Origin: Synergistaceae bacterium
GTDB taxonomy: Bacteria; Synergistota; Synergistia; Synergistales; Synergistaceae
Assembly (NCBI GenBank): GCA_036835165.1
Contig: DAITML010000002.1
Location: 2,559-66,558, forward strand
DNA length: 64,000 nucleotides
Direction of reading: 5' to 3'
In this document: in pieces, positions 58,780-64,000 of the stretch
How the letters are laid out: each line of letters starts with the position of its first letter
Position numbering within the stretch: position 1 is the stretch's first letter
The notes under the pieces: generated by a model
The model's input: only the letters and a program-made list of their open reading frames with translations
What the model was told of the DNA's origin: nothing
Database searches by the model: none
Position numbers and translations under genes: made by a program

Positions 58780-61700
58780 GGGTTTTAAAAGTTTCGGCGG
58801 ATCCCACGATCTCTTGCTCTCATCGGGATTCACGGCTATTGTAGGACCTAACGGAAGCGGAAAGAGCAACATACTTGACGCGCTGAGATGGTCTTTGGGA
58901 GACAGTCATGCAGGCAGGCTCCGAATATCAAGGCAGAGTGACCTGCTCTTCCAGGGCTCGATAAGCCTCCCTGCGGCAAAGGAAGCGGAAGTCCTCCTGC
59001 AGCTCAGAGAAGACTCAAGGTCCTGTTCCGTAAAGCGGAGGGTAACTGCACCTGACGGCAACACTATACTTTTTGTAGACAATGCAAGGAAGACCCTGAC
59101 TGAACTTGACGACACCAAAAGGGACTGGAAGCTCGAGGGAGACAGGTTCGCCTTCATAGGTCAGGGAGAAGTTGCGGAGGTGATACAGCAGCGGCCTCTC
59201 GCAAGGAGAATGCGCCTTGAATCACTCTTTGGAATAGATGTTTACAGAAAGAGGAGAATGGATGCCTCCGACAGGCTCGTCACAGTCAAGGAAGAATACG
59301 AACAGCTCAGGAATGTAATGGCAGAACTCCAGGCACGCCGTGAGGAGATCGCCCCCGAAGTACGGAGAGCATCAGAGCTGAGAGAGATACTTGATAAGAT
59401 CGAAGATGAGAGGAAGCTCTTATATTGGCTCAGGAGACACAGGTCGGAGATCCTGATCGAAGAGATCGGCGAGGATCTTGAAGCGGTAATGGCAGAACAG
59501 TCAGTAGTCCTGGGATGGTCTTCAAGATGGAAAAAGGCTTTGGAGGAACTTGAAAGAAATTTTGTGCTGCTTTCAAGAGAGAGACAACAGCAGACATGGG
59601 AACTCGAACAGAGCAAAAAGAGCTTCGATTCCCTGATAAAAGCCGGATATGCCTCCGCCTCAAGCCTTAAGGCTTCAAAAGACAGGCTCTGTCAGGCTTC
59701 TGAGGAACGAAGGAAAGCAAAAGAACACATGGAAGCTCTCATAGAAGAGCAGAAAAAAACCCAGGAAGAGAATAAAAAGGCACGCGAAGATCTGGAAAAA
59801 GGACAGAAAGCTCTTGAAACGGCGGACAAGAAATGGCAGGAATACAACCTTCGCCTGAAGGAAGAAAAAGAGCAGCGTGAGGCCTGGAACAACGAAAAAG
59901 CCCGACTGGAGGCAGAGCTGCAGCAGGTCAGGGCCAAGCTCTCGTTCCTTGGCAAAGATCTCCTTGATATCAAAAATAAAAAGATCGAAACGGCAGACCC
60001 CGGTAAGAACATTGATTCCGAGATAAAGAAACTGGAGAAGGAAAGAGACCGTCTCCTTAAAGAACAGGATGAAACAGTCTCTGTCCACGGCGGTCTTTAT
60101 GCAAAAGTCCAGGTTCTGGCGGCAGAACTTCAGCGTGCAAGGAGAGAAGCCTCAAATGCTAGGTCAAAGCTCAATGAGGTAACCGAAGCCATGCAGTCCG
60201 ACCTCTATCCCCGACCCGTCCAGTACCTTCTTTCGGCTGCAAAGCTGAACAGGCTTGACGCATCGCCTCACGCGGTATTAGATGTCTTTACCTGCGACCC
60301 CGCGTACTCAGCCGCACTGGAGGCCTATCTCGGCGGGCGGCAGTTTCAGCTTCTTGTGGAAGACCTTGAAGAGGCGGGACGCTGCATTGATAAATTAAAG
60401 ACCAACGCCATTGGGAGAGCAACATTCCTCCCTCTTGAGAGGTGCCGCTCCAGATATCCGGACAAACAGTTCAGGCTCCCTAAAGAGGGAATAACAGGCT
60501 GGGCTATGGATCTGGTAAAAGTCGACAAACACTGGCTGCCTGCTATCGAACAGATAATGGGAGACCTTCTGATCGTCGAAACCTACGCAGTCGGACAGGG
60601 CCTCGTGAGGGCAGGTTTCAAGGGACCTGTCGCAACTCTTGAGGGAGATGTTTTCCAGCCCGGAGGAACAGTCTCAGGCGGAAGGTCACAAAAGTCAGGC
60701 AAAACTATCGAAATGAAAGCCCAGATAGCAAAACTTGAGCAGGATGCCGCAAGTTTTACATCAGCGGCGGAAGATCTGGCAAAAAAGTTTAAAGATGCAG
60801 AAGCCGAGGAACTGAGAGTATCTGAGCAGAAGGAAGACTATACCAGGAAGATAAGGGAATTTGACGGCAGGATAGCCCTGCTTGCCGATGAAAAGGCATC
60901 ATTCTCGAAAGAGCAGAAGAGGATAGAGGGAGAACGCGGAAGGATACTTGAAGCGACAGCCGAAGCCGGCAGGCAGTGGAAAGCTGTACTTGGATCACTT
61001 GCCGAGCTTGAGGCAAAATGGGACAGCCCGTCAAAAATTGAGGATGACCACCTGATCATAGAAGAGCGTGAGAGGCTGCGTGCTGAGGCTGCGGTCCTTG
61101 CGGAAAGGCTCAGATCAAAGTTTGCCCTGATGGAAAGGGTAGGCAGTGAGTTGAGGACAGAAGAAACGAAGATACGAAGCCTGGATGAAGAGATGTCCGA
61201 CCTTGACCAGAAATGTGTCCGAGAGAGAGCGGGACTCGCCAGGACAGGCAAAAGCTGCCTTGAGATCTTTGAAAGGCGAAGAGTCCTTACTGCAGAGATA
61301 GAGGATCACATAAGCGGTTTTTCAAAACTCGAAACCAAACGCGCCCTGATAAAGAAAAAGTCAGAGCTTGCCGATATTCGTTCCAGGGCGGCCCTGGAGC
61401 GTATCACATCCTTTGAGGTCAGAAAGGGTGAAGCTGAGAGGGAACTTGAGGAACTGACAAACACATGGGAAGACCAGTATCCCTATCCCGGAGGAGAAGC
61501 TTTGCCCGAAGCAGAGGACATCGAAGACCTCAGAAGGAGCATACGCGACGGTGACAGGAAGATAAAGGCCTTCGGGGAAGTAGACATGGGAGTGCTCTCT
61601 GAAGACAGGAACTTGAGGGACAGGCTTGCCTTCATGGGCGAGCACCTTGATGATGTCAGGGCCAGCGCCACGGAACTGGAAAAACTGATCTCTGATGCAG

Positions 61701-62176
61701 ACAGGCAGGCATACAAGGTGTTTTCCGACGCACTGCAGGAGGTCGACAGAAGGTTCTGTTCCCTTTTCCAGAGGCTCTTCGGAGGGGGAGAGGCCCATCT
61801 GGAGATGATAGAGGGCGAGACTATATGGGATACGGGTGTCGATGTGGTCGCAAGACCTCCGGGAAAGCACCCGCAGGGAATAAACCAGCTCTCCGGAGGG
61901 GAGCAGTCGCTTGCCGCCATCTCCCTGCTCTTTGCGTCCATGGAAGTGGCTGATTGTCCTCTTGCCGTTCTGGACGAGGTCGATGCCGCGCTTGACGAGG
62001 TGAACCTCAGGAGGTTCTCAGAACTTGCCAAGGAATATGCAAAGAACAGGCAGGTGCTTGCAATGACCCACAGGCGTGTGACTATGGAGAGGGCAGACGT
62101 CCTGTACGGGGTGACATTGTCAGAACCGGGACTTTCTCAGGTGATAGGCGTCAGGCTTGAGGAATGGGCCTCATGA
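58754..62176 (+). CDS. smc: chromosome segregation protein SMC
   Basis: GFKSF, GPNGSGKSN, hinge GRATFLPL, LSGGEQ, LDEVDAALD. Confidence 0.95.
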   Translation: MYISRLQLKGFKSFGGSHDLLLSSGFTAIVGPNGSGKSNILDALRWSLGDSHAGRLRISRQSDLLFQGSISLPAAKEAEVLLQLREDSRSCSVKRRVTAPDGNTILFVDNARKTLTELDDTKRDWKLEGDRFAFIGQGEVAEVIQQRPLARRMRLESLFGIDVYRKRRMDASDRLVTVKEEYEQLRNVMAELQARREEIAPEVRRASELREILDKIEDERKLLYWLRRHRSEILIEEIGEDLEAVMAEQSVVLGWSSRWKKALEELERNFVLLSRERQQQTWELEQSKKSFDSLIKAGYASASSLKASKDRLCQASEERRKAKEHMEALIEEQKKTQEENKKAREDLEKGQKALETADKKWQEYNLRLKEEKEQREAWNNEKARLEAELQQVRAKLSFLGKDLLDIKNKKIETADPGKNIDSEIKKLEKERDRLLKEQDETVSVHGGLYAKVQVLAAELQRARREASNARSKLNEVTEAMQSDLYPRPVQYLLSAAKLNRLDASPHAVLDVFTCDPAYSAALEAYLGGRQFQLLVEDLEEAGRCIDKLKTNAIGRATFLPLERCRSRYPDKQFRLPKEGITGWAMDLVKVDKHWLPAIEQIMGDLLIVETYAVGQGLVRAGFKGPVATLEGDVFQPGGTVSGGRSQKSGKTIEMKAQIAKLEQDAASFTSAAEDLAKKFKDAEAEELRVSEQKEDYTRKIREFDGRIALLADEKASFSKEQKRIEGERGRILEATAEAGRQWKAVLGSLAELEAKWDSPSKIEDDHLIIEERERLRAEAAVLAERLRSKFALMERVGSELRTEETKIRSLDEEMSDLDQKCVRERAGLARTGKSCLEIFERRRVLTAEIEDHISGFSKLETKRALIKKKSELADIRSRAALERITSFEVRKGEAERELEELTNTWEDQYPYPGGEALPEAEDIEDLRRSIRDGDRKIKAFGEVDMGVLSEDRNLRDRLAFMGEHLDDVRASATELEKLISDADRQAYKVFSDALQEVDRRFCSLFQRLFGGGEAHLEMIEGETIWDTGVDVVARPPGKHPQGINQLSGGEQSLAAISLLFASMEVADCPLAVLDEVDAALDEVNLRRFSELAKEYAKNRQVLAMTHRRVTMERADVLYGVTLSEPGLSQVIGVRLEEWAS

Positions 62177-62901
62177 CGGAAGACAGGGAAGACCTCCTCA
62201 GGGGGGTACTGAAGATAAAACAGCCGGGAGAAAAAGAGGGGCCAAGGGTCAACTTGGACACTATACTCCTTGCCCATTACACAAGGCCCAAAAAACAGGA
62301 AAAAATACTTGAAATAGGCTGCGCTCACGGGGCAGTCTCCCTGATCCTTGCAAAGAGGGGACACAGCATAGAGGGAGTGGATATACAGCCACACCTGGTA
62401 GAGATGGCTGCAGAAAACGCTTCAGCGAACGGCCTTGGAGAGATGACGCGATTCTACGCAGGAGACATCAGACAGCATCGGTCAATATGGAAAGCCCAAA
62501 GCTTTGACCGTATCGTTGTCAACCCGCCATACTTCGGGCCCGGGAGCGGCTGCCGGAGCCCATCTGAGGCAATAGCAACCGCAATGAACGGCTCTGAATG
62601 CACACTTGATGACATGGTAACAGCCTGCCGTTATCTTTTGAAAAACAGAGGATATCTTGATATAGTCATACACGCGGGAAGAGTCGGAGAACTCTTTGCC
62701 CTTTTGGACAAAAACAACATAGCTCCCAAAAGGATTAAAGCGGTCCACCCGAGGCCGGGAGCGGAGGCATCCGTGGTGCTCATCGAAGCGATAAGGGCCT
62801 CCAGGCACGGACTGAGGGTAGAAGATCCCCTCTTTGTTCTTGACGAAGAAGGAAAAGAGACGCAGCAGCTGAAGGAAGCCTATATGATTGGAGGAGAATG
62901 A
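62173..62901 (+). CDS. tRNA1(Val) A37 N6-methyltransferase-like (YabB/TrmN6)
   Basis: DTILLA, LEIGCAHG, VNPPY; adjacent to rsmI. Confidence 0.85.
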   Translation: MTEDREDLLRGVLKIKQPGEKEGPRVNLDTILLAHYTRPKKQEKILEIGCAHGAVSLILAKRGHSIEGVDIQPHLVEMAAENASANGLGEMTRFYAGDIRQHRSIWKAQSFDRIVVNPPYFGPGSGCRSPSEAIATAMNGSECTLDDMVTACRYLLKNRGYLDIVIHAGRVGELFALLDKNNIAPKRIKAVHPRPGAEASVVLIEAIRASRHGLRVEDPLFVLDEEGKETQQLKEAYMIGGE

Positions 62902-62902
62902 A

Positions 62903-63739
62903 ATGCCCCTGACAGTAGTTCCGACACCTATAGGCAACCTTGAGGACATGACGCTGAGGGGGCTCAGGGTGCTGCGCGAGGCAGACCTGATCGCATGCGA
63001 GGATACAAGGCATACCCTGAAGCTTCTCAACCACTATCAGATAAGGAAGCCCCTGATCTCCTACCATAAGTTTAACGAAAAAGAAAGGCTTGAGCCCCTT
63101 TTAAAGAGGATAGAGGATGGAGAAAACGTTGCGCTTGTTTCGGATGCGGGTACCCCGGGGATATCAGATCCCGGGATGATACTGATAAATGCCGTGATCG
63201 AAAGGGGACTCTCTTTAGATGTTCTGCCCGGTCCGAACGCGCTGCTTCCTGCCGTCATCCTTTCCGGGATAGGGGCCGGATCTTTTACCTTTGCAGGTTT
63301 CCTTGAAGGCAAAAAAGAAGAAAAAAGGCAAAGGCTCCGGGAACTTCTATATGGAAAAGAGGCCCTGGTATTTTATATGGCCCCCCACAGGCTCCTGAAA
63401 GAACTTGAGCTGATGGGGAGCGTGCTGGGAGACAGGCCCGCAGCTCTTGTCAAAGAGATAAGCAAGGTGCACCAGGAATGCATAAGGGGGACACTTCTGA
63501 CATTCTGCAGTCTGCTGACGGAAGATAAGATACGCGGCGAATTTGTCTGTGTAGTGGCCGGAGCAGAAGAAAAGGAAGCCGCTTTGGATGACCCTGCATG
63601 GATGAACGAGGTCCTGATAATGTGCAAATCCGGCGAATCGACAAAAAATGTTGCAAACTTGCTCTCAATAAAGTATTGTATCCCACGAAACAGAATAAAA
63701 CGGTACATTCTGGAGAACTGTACCGGGGAGGTAGTATAA
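62903..63739 (+). CDS. rsmI: 16S rRNA C1402 2'-O-methyltransferase
   Basis: VPTPIGNLEDMT, ACEDTR, VSDAGTPGISDPG, KEISKVH, RGEFV. Confidence 0.96.
   Translation: MPLTVVPTPIGNLEDMTLRGLRVLREADLIACEDTRHTLKLLNHYQIRKPLISYHKFNEKERLEPLLKRIEDGENVALVSDAGTPGISDPGMILINAVIERGLSLDVLPGPNALLPAVILSGIGAGSFTFAGFLEGKKEEKRQRLRELLYGKEALVFYMAPHRLLKELELMGSVLGDRPAALVKEISKVHQECIRGTLLTFCSLLTEDKIRGEFVCVVAGAEEKEAALDDPAWMNEVLIMCKSGESTKNVANLLSIKYCIPRNRIKRYILENCTGEVV

Positions 63740-64000
<261 letters not shown>

Noticed and set aside
58754..62176. SMC-like protein as a Wadjet or other defence system
   Set aside because: Canonical housekeeping SMC with hinge motif; no jetABD-type partners; neighbours are core genes.

Overview
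A dense, almost entirely plus-strand core-genome segment of an anaerobic diderm bacterium, most likely Synergistota. That assignment is inferred from Firmicute-style regulators (FapR, PyrR, Rex, CIRCE) occurring together with LPS-transport genes (lptA/lptB). Gene order: partial MFS gene, rsmD-coaD, GNAT-tmcAL (minus strand), ackA-yceD-rpmF, fapR-plsX-fabH-fabK-fabD-fabG-acpP-fabF-rnc, pyrR-pyrB-pyrC, pyrF-pyrE-(SBP-like)-lptA-lptB-murJ, secreted protein-Zn ribbon-tsaD, groES-groEL, guaA-larB, AI-2E transporter, mobB, Na+-pyrophosphatase, dnaG-rpoD, S4 protein-eno-rex, yajC-secD-secF, lapA-recJ-rel-dtd-MBL-radC, mreBCD-mrdA-minCDE-rodA, radical SAM pair-rng-smc-methyltransferase-rsmI-metG (partial). 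I saw no tRNA, rRNA, CRISPR array, prophage or IS element. The notable signals are mostly regulatory or hidden small ORFs. The best is an unannotated 26-codon leader peptide (with an Arg triplet) whose stop codon lies inside an intrinsic terminator upstream of pyrR, under a promoter whose -35 overlaps a LacI-type palindrome. Others are a Rex-like site over the -35 of the S4-eno-rex operon, a 58-aa Cys-rich ORF coupled to tsaD, a ZnuA-like protein lacking metal-ligand His residues just upstream of an elongated lptA, and an uncharacterised radical SAM pair with two CX3CX2C motifs. All family assignments come from motif recognition by eye; no database searches were run.
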